Assembly: GCA_963727625.1 (NCBI GenBank)
Contig: CAVSHR010000005.1
Location: 128,001-192,000 of the forward strand
DNA length: 64,000 bases
Reading direction: 5' to 3'
From: an uncultured delta proteobacterium
Lineage (GTDB): Bacteria; Desulfobacterota; Binatia; UBA9968
The notes under the pieces are model-generated. The model had not been told where the DNA came from. It saw nothing but the letters and a program-made list of their open reading frames with translations, and ran no database searches. Below, piece after piece: positions 48,812 to 58,312 of the stretch. The translations under genes and the position numbers were made by a program. Position 1 is the stretch's first letter. Every line of letters begins with the position of its first letter.

Positions 48812-49267
48812 TTACTTCCACTCCACCCGCACTCCCAGCACTTCGCCGGTAGCGCGAATCACCCCGCCGGCGCTCAGCGTGCAGCTCACCCAGGCCTTGC
48901 GTCCCTCGATTCTCATAATCCGTCCGCGCAGCTCGATCAGCTCTTTGATTGGCGTCGGCTTAAGATAGGACACGTTCATGTTTGCGGTTACGTAACCGAT
49001 GCGCGGCGGGCTGCCGATGGGGCGGCGCTCGGCGCGATAAGCTTGAGCGATGGCGAGATTGAGACTATGGCAGTCGATCAGCGACGCGATGATGCCGCCG
49101 TTCAAATTTTCCCGAGTGCCTCCGCAATGGTGCGGTTGCGCTTTCCAGGCCGCAATCGCTTCGTCGCCGTCCCAGTAGCTTTTGAGGCGCAAACCCCTCT
49201 CATTGTCCGCGCCACAGCCATGGCAATGACGCACGGCGCCCTGGTCCTGAAACGCGATTTCTGTCAT
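48812..49267 (-). CDS. PaaI/hotdog-fold thioesterase
   Basis: CHGCG..N..GL, NGGIIASLIDCH, YLKPTP. Confidence 0.85.
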   Translation of the reverse strand: MTEIAFQDQGAVRHCHGCGADNERGLRLKSYWDGDEAIAAWKAQPHHCGGTRENLNGGIIASLIDCHSLNLAIAQAYRAERRPIGSPPRIGYVTANMNVSYLKPTPIKELIELRGRIMRIEGRKAWVSCTLSAGGVIRATGEVLGVRVEWK

Positions 49268-49274
49268 TGACCGG

Positions 49275-49673
49275 CTATTTTGCCTTATCAAACTTCAGCG
49301 ATACGGAATTGATGCAATAGCGCAAGTTGGTCGGTTGCGGCCCGTCTTCGAAAACATGGCCCAGATGGGCGTCGCACTTTCTACACACAACTTCGGTGCG
49401 CCGCATGAAAAAACTGTTGTCGTCCTCGGCGGCGACGTTCTCCTCAGCGACCGGCGCCCAGAAGCTCGGCCAGCCGGTGCCGGAATCGAACTTGGTATCC
49501 GAACTGAAGAGCTCGTTGCCGCAGCAAGCGCAGCGGTACATGCCCTTTTCGTGATGGTCCCAATATTGGCCGGTGAATGCCCGCTCCGTGCTTTTCTTCC
49601 GGCAAACATCAAACTGCTCGTCGGTTAGCTCTTTTTGCCACTCGGCGTCGGATTTCTTGATTTTTTCCACCAT
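49275..49673 (-). CDS. msrB: Peptide-methionine (R)-S-oxide reductase
   Basis: TERAFTG, KFDSGTGWPSF, HLGHVF.DGP, RYCINS. Confidence 0.95.
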   Translation of the reverse strand: MVEKIKKSDAEWQKELTDEQFDVCRKKSTERAFTGQYWDHHEKGMYRCACCGNELFSSDTKFDSGTGWPSFWAPVAEENVAAEDDNSFFMRRTEVVCRKCDAHLGHVFEDGPQPTNLRYCINSVSLKFDKAK

Positions 49674-49715
49674 CGCGCTCCCAGTAAGTTTTTGTTTTCG
49701 CGCCCGCCTGCACCG

Positions 49716-50207
49716 TCAGCGCTGCATGTTGATAAATTGCAGCGGAATCGGCATCTGGCTGGAGCGCAGCATCTGAATCACTTCCTGCAGATCGTCGATC
49801 TTTTTGCCCGTGACACGTACTTGATTGTCCTGAATCGCCGCTTGGACCTTTAGCTTGTGGCTTTTAATCATCTTGACAATGCTCCGCGCCGTGTCCGAGT
49901 CGACACCTTCCTTGATCGCAATCTCGCGCCGCAGCATTCCCTGCGCTGACGGCTCGCTGGTTTTGGGATCGAGAAACCTGCGGTCCACCTTGCGCTTGAC
50001 CAAGTTCTCGACCAGCGCGTCCTGCACGGCGCGCAGCTTCATATCGTCTTCGGTGGTGACCTGAATCTTCTTTTCCTTCTTATCGAGTGTGATTTCCGTT
50101 TTCGAATTACGGAAGTCGTAGCGGGTTAGAATTGCCTTTTTGGTGATGTTGACCGCATTGTCGACCTCTTGGAAGTCGATCCGGCTGACGATATCGAACG
50201 ATGGCAT
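49716..50207 (-). CDS. yajQ: YajQ family cyclic-di-GMP-binding protein
   Basis: MPSFDIVS, EVDNAVN, RYDF, RVTGKKIDDLQ. Confidence 0.93.
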   Translation of the reverse strand: MPSFDIVSRIDFQEVDNAVNITKKAILTRYDFRNSKTEITLDKKEKKIQVTTEDDMKLRAVQDALVENLVKRKVDRRFLDPKTSEPSAQGMLRREIAIKEGVDSDTARSIVKMIKSHKLKVQAAIQDNQVRVTGKKIDDLQEVIQMLRSSQMPIPLQFINMQR

Positions 50208-50246
50208 GGCTTCGGCGCTCCTCGGTTAGATGTCGGCACTGAAAAG

Positions 50247-50753
50247 TTAATTGCGCTTTTTCCGTTTGACCTGCGGTCGCTCTTGGGCCGACGGCTCGGC
50301 CGTTTTACGCCCGTTTTTCTTGACGCCCGCCAGGACGAAATCGAGAATATCGCTGCGAGTAATGATACCGACTAGATTTTTATTCTTGATCACCGGCAAT
50401 GAACCAATGCGATGGCGCCGCAGCAAGGCCACGGCGGTGAGCAACGGAGTTTCCGGACGCACGACAAAAACATCGTGGGTCATCACCTCTTCCACCGTGA
50501 CCCGGTCGGCGAACCGGTCAATTTCGTCGGTGCGGTTAATCATCAAACTCGTCGGATAGGCATCGCGGATGTCGCGGTCGGTGACCAGACCGACTAGTTC
50601 GTCGTTGTCCAGCACCGGCAACTGGTTGACCCGATGTTTCGCCATCAACTGCCGGGCGATCGCGATGCTGTCGAAAGTCTCCACCGCAAGCACCTCTTGG
50701 GACATCCAATCCGATACGGGAATTGTGCTGTTATTGCTTTTCTTGTGCGCCAT
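50247..50753 (-). CDS. CBS domain pair protein
   Basis: LPVLD..LVGLVTDRDI; LPVI..LVGIITRSDI. Confidence 0.88.
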   Translation of the reverse strand: MAHKKSNNSTIPVSDWMSQEVLAVETFDSIAIARQLMAKHRVNQLPVLDNDELVGLVTDRDIRDAYPTSLMINRTDEIDRFADRVTVEEVMTHDVFVVRPETPLLTAVALLRRHRIGSLPVIKNKNLVGIITRSDILDFVLAGVKKNGRKTAEPSAQERPQVKRKKRN

Positions 50754-51688
50754 TACTTTTGCTCCACCGTATAGCCTCTCGCCTGCAACATCGCAACGAC
50801 TCCTTCTTTGCCCACCAGATGCGCCGCCCCAACCACCACCATGGCGCCGCTTTCTTGTTCAAGCAATTTTTCTAGCTCCGCCAACCAGCTCCGATTGCGC
50901 CCGACAATGATTTTTTGCTGTAGCTCGGGATACTCGATCATGCCCGCGAGCAGCAGTTCCGCCATGCGGTCGCCGTCGCCTTTGAGCCAAGCTTGGACGA
51001 TGTCATCGATGTTCTTGTCAAGCCGATCGAGCTCACCGACCGTTTCGCGCAACATCAACTCTTGTTCGGCTTTCGACAATTGATCGAATAACCCGAGCTG
51101 GAACTCAAGGGTCTCCAGGCCGCTGGTCGGCTTGCCGGCGTCTTTGGCGCGCGCCGCGAGATAACGGTCGACGCCGAATTTAGGCTCAAAGCCCATACGC
51201 TGCAAGTTGATGGCGAGCATCGTCAAGGCGACAAACCATGGTTTCATGGGATTGAGAATCCGCATATCCAGACCCAGCTCGGCGGCGCGCTGGGTCGCCA
51301 GCCGGTAGGTCTCTTCGCTGACGTTTTGCGGCAGACTGGTTCCATCGCGATAGACTGCCTTGTCGAGAGCGATTTTTTGCGCCGCCGCGCCTGCCGCGTT
51401 ATTGAGGTCGACTTCCAGGACCAGCTTCTTGCTGCCAGCGAAAGCGTCAAGGATGGTTTGATTGAGCGGATAATTGTCTTGACGCAGATAATGAATCGAT
51501 CCCAAAAGAAAAATACTATTTTCCGCGTTACTGACTTTCCAGAGAAGGCTTTTTTCTTGCGCTTCGGCTGAACGCCACGCTGCGCTCCAGCTCACCAGCG
51601 CGACGAGTACTAAGAAGAGCATGGCGACAGGCCTGGCCCGGCGCTTGGCGCTAAAACTTGGATTTCTCCTATTGGCAGCGTCACCCAT
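50753..51688 (-). CDS. TraB/GumN family exported protein; start uncertain
   Basis: LLWKV, LLGSIH, GLETLEFQ, RNRSW, VGAAHLVG. Confidence 0.85.
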   Translation of the reverse strand: MGDAANRRNPSFSAKRRARPVAMLFLVLVALVSWSAAWRSAEAQEKSLLWKVSNAENSIFLLGSIHYLRQDNYPLNQTILDAFAGSKKLVLEVDLNNAAGAAAQKIALDKAVYRDGTSLPQNVSEETYRLATQRAAELGLDMRILNPMKPWFVALTMLAINLQRMGFEPKFGVDRYLAARAKDAGKPTSGLETLEFQLGLFDQLSKAEQELMLRETVGELDRLDKNIDDIVQAWLKGDGDRMAELLLAGMIEYPELQQKIIVGRNRSWLAELEKLLEQESGAMVVVGAAHLVGKEGVVAMLQARGYTVEQK

Positions 51689-51875
51689 GGTCAAGAGTTT
51701 CCAAAGCGCCGGCGAAGGCCACGACGCTTGAAAAGCCATCTGAGAATTTACCTTTTCCTGAACGGGTTGGCTAGACTGGAGAGGCGAGTCCGCGAACCGG
51801 GCCGCCTTCCCAGAATAACGAAGCTCTACACGGTTACAGTGGCGCAAAAAACCGTAATCAAGTTGTGGAGATGCG

Positions 51876-52199
51876 CTACCACTCGAGGCGAATGCAAACT
51901 TCTTCGCCTCTTTCCTCGGCCGGTAAAACCGTCAGCGGCGCCGCGCCTTTGGGGAGTGTGCACTCTCCTGACGCAAGATCATAGCAATAGCTGTGGTTAT
52001 TACAGCGAATCGATGTGCCGTTGAGCAGCTGGCCGGCGGCCTTTAGATCCGCTTCTTCATGCGGGCAGTGTCTCGAAAACGCGTAATATTTTCCCTCGAC
52101 GAACGCCAAGAGAACTTGGCGTCCGCCGAGATCGACCTCTTTCATCGCACCGGGCGACATTTCACCCGCGCGGGCAACCGGCACGTAGCTGATTCCCAT
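51876..52199 (-). CDS. Rieske [2Fe-2S] ferredoxin
   Basis: CPH...CNNH. Confidence 0.88.
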   Translation of the reverse strand: MGISYVPVARAGEMSPGAMKEVDLGGRQVLLAFVEGKYYAFSRHCPHEEADLKAAGQLLNGTSIRCNNHSYCYDLASGECTLPKGAAPLTVLPAEERGEEVCIRLEW

Positions 52200-52203
52200 G
52201 ATA

Positions 52204-53901
52204 TTACGCTGCCGCTTTCTGTTGACGGTAAAGGGGACCGCGAATCACCTGGCCCGGCAGATCCCCCGTCATCCGTCCCTGGTCATTGATCACTATGCCG
52301 TTAACGATCGTATAGTGCATACCGACCGCGCGCTGGACCATTCGCTTGGTATTGGCCGGGAAATCGTTGGCCCACTCCGGCTCCTCAGCATTAACCGTCT
52401 TGGGATCGAAGATCGCCATATCCGCGGCATAGCCGGAACGCAACAGACCGCGGCCCTGCAGGCCGAAGATCGAAGCCGGGTGAAAAGTTAGCTTATGAAC
52501 CGCCTGCTCGAGTGTCATCACCTGGCGCTCGCGCACCCACAGCCCGAGCAGGATTGTGCCGTAACCGAAATCGGCGCCGAACAGCACATGGGCACCCGCG
52601 TCCGACGTGCCGATGAGAACATAGGGGCTGCGCAAAATCTCGCCCATGGCGTTCCAATCGCCGCCGTTGTTGGCGTTCCAGAAAATCGTCTCGAAATTCT
52701 CCTCGAGGGCGAGATCGAGAAACGCGTCGAGCGGGTCCTGATTTCGCATTGCGGCCAACTCGGCGATGGTCTTGCCATTGTACTTTTGATTTTCCGGCTT
52801 GACGGTCTTCTCGACTTTGGGGATGTCCCAGCGTTTGTGAAAATTGGTCGGGCGCGGATCGGCCAGATCGGCGCGCAATTTCTGCCGTGTCTGAGGATCG
52901 GCAAAAGCCTGCCTACGCACTTCCATCGGCAAAAACATTAGATTCTTCCAGACCGGAAACTCGTCGAAAATTTGGCAATCTCTTAAAGTAAAATGGCGCA
53001 CGAGAGGCACGGTATGAGACAATCCGTAGGCTTGGTACCCGGCCTTAAAAATCGGCTCCACCGCGTTTAACTGTTCGCGCCAGAGGTTGGGCTCAGACCA
53101 GCGATGCTGCAAGCTTTGCCAAAGGATTGGCCGCTGCGTGCGCTTGGCCAGGTCGTGGTACCACTTGAAGTGCTCGATCTTGTTGCGGCCTAGTATGGTT
53201 TCGATCACGCCGGCATTACGCTCGGCCAAAACGTCGCAAAGCGCAAAAAATTCATCATCATCCGCCAGGCGGCTGGCGACCGGCTTGCCGTCCTCGCGCA
53301 TATGGCGGTCGTTGCGGTTGGTCGACATTCCCAACGCGCCGCCTTCCATGGCATCCAGCACCAGACCGCGCATTTTCTGCACTTCCGTTCCGGTCGCGCT
53401 GCGCTCCACGGCTTCTTCGCCCATGGCGTGGTGACGCACCGCAATGTGGCCGACCAGACCGCCGACGTTGATCCCGACTTTGCCTTCGAAATTGTCGAGA
53501 TATTCTCCGTAGCTCTGCCAATTCCATTTGACGCCTTGTTCCAGCGCGACGCGGGGCATGGCTTCCACTCGCACAAAGCTCTTGACGATCGCGTCTTCGA
53601 TACCCGATCTGCGCGGCGCCAACGACAGACCGCAGTTGCCCATCACCACGGATGTAATGCCATGCTGCGGCTCACAGGTGCCGTAGGGGTCCCAGAGCAT
53701 CTGCGCGTCCAAATGCGTGTGATGATCGACGAACCCTGGCGCCACCGCCAAGCCGGCTGCATCGATGGTCCGCGCCGCGCCGTCTTTGAGCCGGCCGATC
53801 TCGGCGATTTTTCCATCTTTGACTCCGACGTCAGCGACGTAAGAAGGCAGTCCAGAACCGTCCACCACCCGTCCGCCGCGAACGATAAGATCATAGGCCA
53901 T
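52204..53901 (-). CDS. N-acyl-D-amino-acid deacylase-like amidohydrolase
   Basis: PGFVDHHTHLD, GNCG, SDAGAH, RGLL..GYAAD. Confidence 0.9.
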   Translation of the reverse strand: MAYDLIVRGGRVVDGSGLPSYVADVGVKDGKIAEIGRLKDGAARTIDAAGLAVAPGFVDHHTHLDAQMLWDPYGTCEPQHGITSVVMGNCGLSLAPRRSGIEDAIVKSFVRVEAMPRVALEQGVKWNWQSYGEYLDNFEGKVGINVGGLVGHIAVRHHAMGEEAVERSATGTEVQKMRGLVLDAMEGGALGMSTNRNDRHMREDGKPVASRLADDDEFFALCDVLAERNAGVIETILGRNKIEHFKWYHDLAKRTQRPILWQSLQHRWSEPNLWREQLNAVEPIFKAGYQAYGLSHTVPLVRHFTLRDCQIFDEFPVWKNLMFLPMEVRRQAFADPQTRQKLRADLADPRPTNFHKRWDIPKVEKTVKPENQKYNGKTIAELAAMRNQDPLDAFLDLALEENFETIFWNANNGGDWNAMGEILRSPYVLIGTSDAGAHVLFGADFGYGTILLGLWVRERQVMTLEQAVHKLTFHPASIFGLQGRGLLRSGYAADMAIFDPKTVNAEEPEWANDFPANTKRMVQRAVGMHYTIVNGIVINDQGRMTGDLPGQVIRGPLYRQQKAAA

Positions 53902-54055
53902 TGGCAACCTCCTTAATCCTGCTTTAAACCGTGGAAATTAGATTGATGATGAATAAGTCGATGGTACGATACGCCGAGACATGCCCGGCTGTCAAATATT
54001 GCGGTTTCAATTGCCTCTAAGATCGCCACTCCAGATGGGTAACGGGTGTGGCAAA

Positions 54056-54322
54056 TTACTTGGAAAGCTCCGCCATGCAGTTGGCGTGCCTTTCCAAATT
54101 ATCCCCATCGAATTATCCAACGCATACGGCCCTGAAGGTGCCGCCATCGAGACAGCCAACATTGAAGCGGGAAGCGAGCACGGTGGAATAGCGGAATACA
54201 CTCTCGCCGCCGATTGAACAGTTGCAGTAGACAGCGTCGACCTCGCCGGTCGCTATGACTGCGAAGCGCACCCGCCCGCAGTGACAGCCGCCGAGGTGTC
54301 GAAACAAAGAGCCGTCGAGCAA
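54056..54322 (-). pseudogene. Degraded GFA family gene
   Basis: GGCHCGRVRF..CNCSI, then a missing middle, NVGCLD, internal TAA, FDGDNLE..ELSK*. Confidence 0.65.
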
Positions 54323-54330
54323 ACCGAACC

Positions 54331-55350
54331 TTAGTCAGACGCTTCCATTTGCTTGGTGTAGCTGCCCGATCTTGCCGCGCTATTACACTTGGCGCGGTGA
54401 TAGAAGATTTTTTGTGCAGCCGGGACATTAGCCGCTTCGCCTTTCCATGCTTTGAGCGCCGGATCCTGGAGCGCCCGCGCGTAGGAAAACGCAACTTCCC
54501 AGGGATGCGGCCCCATTTTATTCATCGCGTTCAGATGCTCGGTTGCGCTCACCGCACTTTGCCCGCCGGACAAGAAAGCGATGCCGGGCACCGCGGCCGG
54601 CACCGCCCGCTTCAAGCAGCGAATCGTCCGTTCGGCGACTTCGGCAATACCAGCTTGGCGCGGATTATCTTTTCCCGATACCACCATGCTCGGCTTGAGC
54701 ACCATGCCTTCCAAATGGACGCGCTGCTGCATCAGGCGCGAGAATGTAACCAGCAGGGTTTTTCCCGTGACTTCTTCGCAGCGTTCGATGGAGTGATTGC
54801 CGTCGAGCAGCACTTCGGGTTCGACAATCGGCACGATGCCGGCTTCTTGGCAGAGCGCCGCGTAGCGCGCCAAAGCATGGGCGTTTTCATCGAGACAGTT
54901 ATAAGTGGGAGTGCCCTCGCCGATGCTGATCACGGCGCGCCATTTGGCGAACTTGGCGCCGAGCTCTCCGTATTCTTTTAGCCGACCGCGCAGCCCGTCC
55001 AACCCTTCTGTTACCACCTCGCCGGGATATTCCGGAATCGCCACGGGTCCCTTGTCGACCTTGATGCCGGGCATAATGCCCTTTTTGACCAGAAGCTGCG
55101 GGAAAGGAGTGCCGTCGTTTGCCGCCGTGCGGATCGTTTCGTCGAAAAGGATCACCCCGCTGATCGCTTCTTCGACTCCCTTGGTCGAGAAAAGCATGTC
55201 ACGGTAGGCCCGCCGGTTGGTTTCGTTGGATTCGACCTTGATACTGTCGAAGCGCCGTTTGATCGTACCCATGCTTTCGTCGGCGGCGAGGATGCCCTTA
55301 CCTTTGATCACCATCGCTTGGGCTATCGTTTCCAGTTCTTGTTTTGACAT
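54331..55350 (-). CDS. Class I fructose-bisphosphate aldolase (eukaryote-like type)
   Basis: KGILAADES, FAKWR, VPIVEPEV, LKPSMV, FLSGGQ, FSYARALQ. Confidence 0.93.
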   Translation of the reverse strand: MSKQELETIAQAMVIKGKGILAADESMGTIKRRFDSIKVESNETNRRAYRDMLFSTKGVEEAISGVILFDETIRTAANDGTPFPQLLVKKGIMPGIKVDKGPVAIPEYPGEVVTEGLDGLRGRLKEYGELGAKFAKWRAVISIGEGTPTYNCLDENAHALARYAALCQEAGIVPIVEPEVLLDGNHSIERCEEVTGKTLLVTFSRLMQQRVHLEGMVLKPSMVVSGKDNPRQAGIAEVAERTIRCLKRAVPAAVPGIAFLSGGQSAVSATEHLNAMNKMGPHPWEVAFSYARALQDPALKAWKGEAANVPAAQKIFYHRAKCNSAARSGSYTKQMEASD

Positions 55351-55472
55351 GGTATTCACTCCTCCTACTCGGTTCTGGTACCCAATTCATCTTACATTCT
55401 GCCTAACCCTAAGCAAGCCTCAGCCGCGCCGCGGTTGTCTCAAAGTGGACACTTTGATATTTTATCTCTGCA

Positions 55473-55811
55473 ATGCTTGATTTATTGTTTCATTGGTTCA
55501 TCAGCGCTGGAAGCTTGCTGATCGTAACGTTTCTTTTCCCCGGCATCGAAGTTCACGGCTTGGGGACCGCGCTGATCGCACCCATCGTCATCGGCTTCAT
55601 CAACGCCACCATCGGCCTCGTGCTAAAAATTTTCACCTTGCCGCTCACCATACTCACGCTCGGCATCTTCTGGCTGGTCATCAACGCGCTGATGCTCCAG
55701 CTCGCCGCAGCCATCGTTCCCGGCTTTTTTGTCGGCGGATTTGCCTCGGCTTTTTTCGGCGCCATTGTGCTCAGCCTAGTCAACATGCTGCTGCGCTCGT
55801 TGGTTGACTAA
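55473..55811 (+). CDS. YvlD/4-TMS holin-like membrane protein
   Basis: LPLTILTLG.F.LVINALML, FFGAIVLS. Confidence 0.85.
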   Translation: MLDLLFHWFISAGSLLIVTFLFPGIEVHGLGTALIAPIVIGFINATIGLVLKIFTLPLTILTLGIFWLVINALMLQLAAAIVPGFFVGGFASAFFGAIVLSLVNMLLRSLVD

Positions 55812-55820
55812 ACTCGCCGC

Positions 55821-56705
55821 TTATTTGGCCGGCAATCCAGTCGCTTCGGACCAATAACTGGAATCATAGAATCTTTCCGGCGGATCAAAGGGCGGTTTAT
55901 AGACGCCCAACTCCTTGCGCAGTTCGATCACCGTCTTCAACGCTGCCGGATTAATTTTCGCCTTCGGCACCACCTTGCGACAGGCATCTTCAGCGGCTTT
56001 ACGGCTTAACTTTTCTTTGTCCATCATCAACGCGATGGTTTCTTCATGGTTTTCCGGCATCAACAGCCAATCTGTGGATGCCGCCCAGGCGCGGATGAAA
56101 CGGACGGCGATCTCGCGATGATTGAATAACCAAGAGCGCAACGTCCAACCGCAGGTCAGCGGCCAGCCCGGCACGTAGTTTTCAGAATTTGCCAGCAACA
56201 CGCCGCCCGCTGCCAGCGCTTTATCCGAGGCCGGCGGTGTGAGCATCGCAGCGGCCACGCGCCGCTGCAAGAACGCCTCAAGACGCACCGGCGAGCTGCC
56301 GATGATCTCGATGTTGTACTCGGTGTCATCCATGCCGTGGGTGCGCAGAATTTTTTTCCGGATGAGATCGAGATTGGAATCCCCGGGATCGCCGGCCAAT
56401 AATTTGCCGCGCAGTTTTTCGATCGAATCCACGCCAGGCTGCCCGATGAGATAAGCGCTCAAGCCCTCTTCGGCCTGCATGAAAAGCATGTAGTCGACAC
56501 CGTCGGTGGTGGTCCGGGCGATCATCGTGTCCGCGCTGCTCAAAGTAAAATCCCATCGCCCCTCCGCCATGCCGCGGTTGTGATCAGGCGCGTAGGTAGT
56601 CTTGTGAAACCGCACTTCAAGATTTTCCTTAGCGAAAAAGCCCTTATATTCCGCCACCACGTGGGGCGTACGGCGCAGATAGCCGGTAACACTCAGTACG
56701 TCCAT
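55821..56705 (-). CDS. NMT1/THI5-like PBP-fold protein lacking a signal peptide
   Basis: GFFAKENLEV, LRGK, AAMLTPP, YDSSY. Confidence 0.75.
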   Translation of the reverse strand: MDVLSVTGYLRRTPHVVAEYKGFFAKENLEVRFHKTTYAPDHNRGMAEGRWDFTLSSADTMIARTTTDGVDYMLFMQAEEGLSAYLIGQPGVDSIEKLRGKLLAGDPGDSNLDLIRKKILRTHGMDDTEYNIEIIGSSPVRLEAFLQRRVAAAMLTPPASDKALAAGGVLLANSENYVPGWPLTCGWTLRSWLFNHREIAVRFIRAWAASTDWLLMPENHEETIALMMDKEKLSRKAAEDACRKVVPKAKINPAALKTVIELRKELGVYKPPFDPPERFYDSSYWSEATGLPAK

Positions 56706-56838
56706 AAAAGCCTCCTGGTGCTATCCTTCTATCTATCTTCTCGCGCCGCCGTCCTCAAGCCCAAAAAGATTGGCTTCATGGCATAATCGAGTTAAGTATA
56801 AACCCTAAGTTATCACCGAAAATTCCGAGGAATTGACC

Positions 56839-57540
56839 ATGAGTCTCAAAGACAAGGTTGCGCTCATCACCGGCGGCAGCAGAGGTATCGGCAAAGCGAT
56901 TGCCATGGCCTACGCGCGCCAGGGGGCCAGGCTGGCGCTGTGCGCGCGCACGGCGGCCGAGCTCGAACACACCGTGACCGAGTTGCGCGGCTACGACGTC
57001 GAAGCAGCGGGTTGGAGCTGCGACGTTTCGCTCGAAGCACAAGTTAAGCAACTGGTCGACAACGTGCAAAAAAAATTCGACCGCATTGACGTTCTGGTCA
57101 ACAATGCCGGCGTCATGACCCGCCCCGTGCCGATCACTGAATTGGAGATAAAAAAATGGGATTATACGGTAGCCGTCAACTTGCGCGGGCCGTTTTTAGT
57201 GACGCAGTCCGTGCTGCCGATCATGATCAAACAAAATAACGGCTCGATCATCAACGTTTCATCGATGATCGGCCGCGGTGCTTACGCCAATTTCATCGCC
57301 TACGCGACGTCCAAATGGGGCCTGGAAGGTTTCACTCAAACGCTCGCCTCTGAAGTCCGCTCTGACAATATCCGTGTCAATTCGGTAGACCCGGGCTACG
57401 TGGCCACCAAACTCACCGGCTATCACGGCAGCAAACCGGAATCGGTGACGGATGTTTTCGTTTATCTTGCCTCCGAAGAATCCACGGGAGTAACCGGGAA
57501 AATGCTCAGCTCCTCTGGATGGAAATCGCAGATCAGATAA
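56839..57540 (+). CDS. SDR family oxidoreductase
   Basis: TGGSRGIG, NNAG, YATSK. Confidence 0.92.
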   Translation: MSLKDKVALITGGSRGIGKAIAMAYARQGARLALCARTAAELEHTVTELRGYDVEAAGWSCDVSLEAQVKQLVDNVQKKFDRIDVLVNNAGVMTRPVPITELEIKKWDYTVAVNLRGPFLVTQSVLPIMIKQNNGSIINVSSMIGRGAYANFIAYATSKWGLEGFTQTLASEVRSDNIRVNSVDPGYVATKLTGYHGSKPESVTDVFVYLASEESTGVTGKMLSSSGWKSQIR

Positions 57541-57637
57541 ATTCGACTCATGGGCTGTGCCTTATTTACCCGGGAGGCTCGCAAGATGGTTTACCCGATG
57601 TTGCTAACTCCAGATTGAGCAGCCTCCGACTGAGCCG

Positions 57638-57874
57638 TCATTGCAGCCCGAGCAGCTCCATAATCTTGAGCTGATCGAATCCGACCACCGATTTGCCGTC
57701 GGCAATCATTACCGGCGTGCTCTGAAAACCAAGATCGAGCAGTTCTTTTAGCGCTGCTTTATCGGCACGGACATTTTTCTCGACAAACTGAACGCCCTTT
57801 TGAGATAGAAACTCCACCTCTTTATGGCATGGCCCTCAGCCCGGTTGGGTGTAGACAATGACGGAATTTGCCAT
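57638..57874 (-). CDS. Glutaredoxin/NrdH-like selenoprotein (UGPC motif; UGA at 57836-57838)
   Basis: Manual translation with SD AGGAGA: MANSVIVYTQPG-U-GPCHKEVEFLSQKGVQFVEKNV...STPVMIADGKSVVGFDQLKIMELLGLQ*; absent from ORF track. Confidence 0.88.
57794..57828 (-). promoter_or_regulatory. Putative SECIS hairpin of the glutaredoxin
   Basis: mRNA sense GAGGUGGA[GUU]UCUAUCUC stem starting 15 nt after the UGA, G-first apical loop. Confidence 0.55.
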
Positions 57875-57893
57875 GGTTGGTCTCCTTAAAAAA

Positions 57894-58174
57894 GATCATT
57901 CCAAAGCCTTTTATAACATTAACGGGAACATTCCGGTACTGCATTTCTTACCGGTCTTCACGAGGACTATCATCGCGCCACCAACAGCTGGGACAAGTTG
58001 AAACTTAAGGGCATGGCGCGAGCGAGCGACCTTAATATCGAGGATCTTGCGGCCGCGCTCCGAGAGCAGAAACCGGGCGATGAGGTCGAGATCATCGTAC
58101 TACGGGTCGGCAATCCTGTCGCTTTGAAGGCAAAGTTGCGCGCGCGGCTGAATCTCTACATCGGCCATACCTAA
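57894..58174 (+). pseudogene. Remnant of an M28 peptidase-PDZ gene
   Basis: IPVLHF/TGLHEDYHR..SWDKL..GMAR..DL joined directly to NIEDL..LRE.KPGDEVEIIVLR; frameshift, internal deletion, no start. Confidence 0.6.
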
Positions 58175-58312
58175 TAACCGCAATAGCCGCCTCCGAGGCG
58201 ACTTCCTGGAAATTTACTGGCCCTTTCGCTAAATTGAGAAATAGTGCTCGCAGGTAATACAGTGTTATGATAAGATGCCGAAAGTGGTGAAGGTTAAGGA
58301 GGTTAGCCGTCG

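Noticed and set aside
49275-49673. Sec in msrB or in the AhpD-like gene
   Set aside because: Catalytic positions are ordinary Cys codons and there is no in-frame TGA.
50753-51688. TraB as evidence of a conjugative element
   Set aside because: The TraB/GumN family is a common chromosomal protein; no relaxase, T4SS or integrase is nearby.
55473-55811. Holin as evidence of a prophage
   Set aside because: YvlD-type membrane proteins are typically chromosomal; there are no phage genes in the window.
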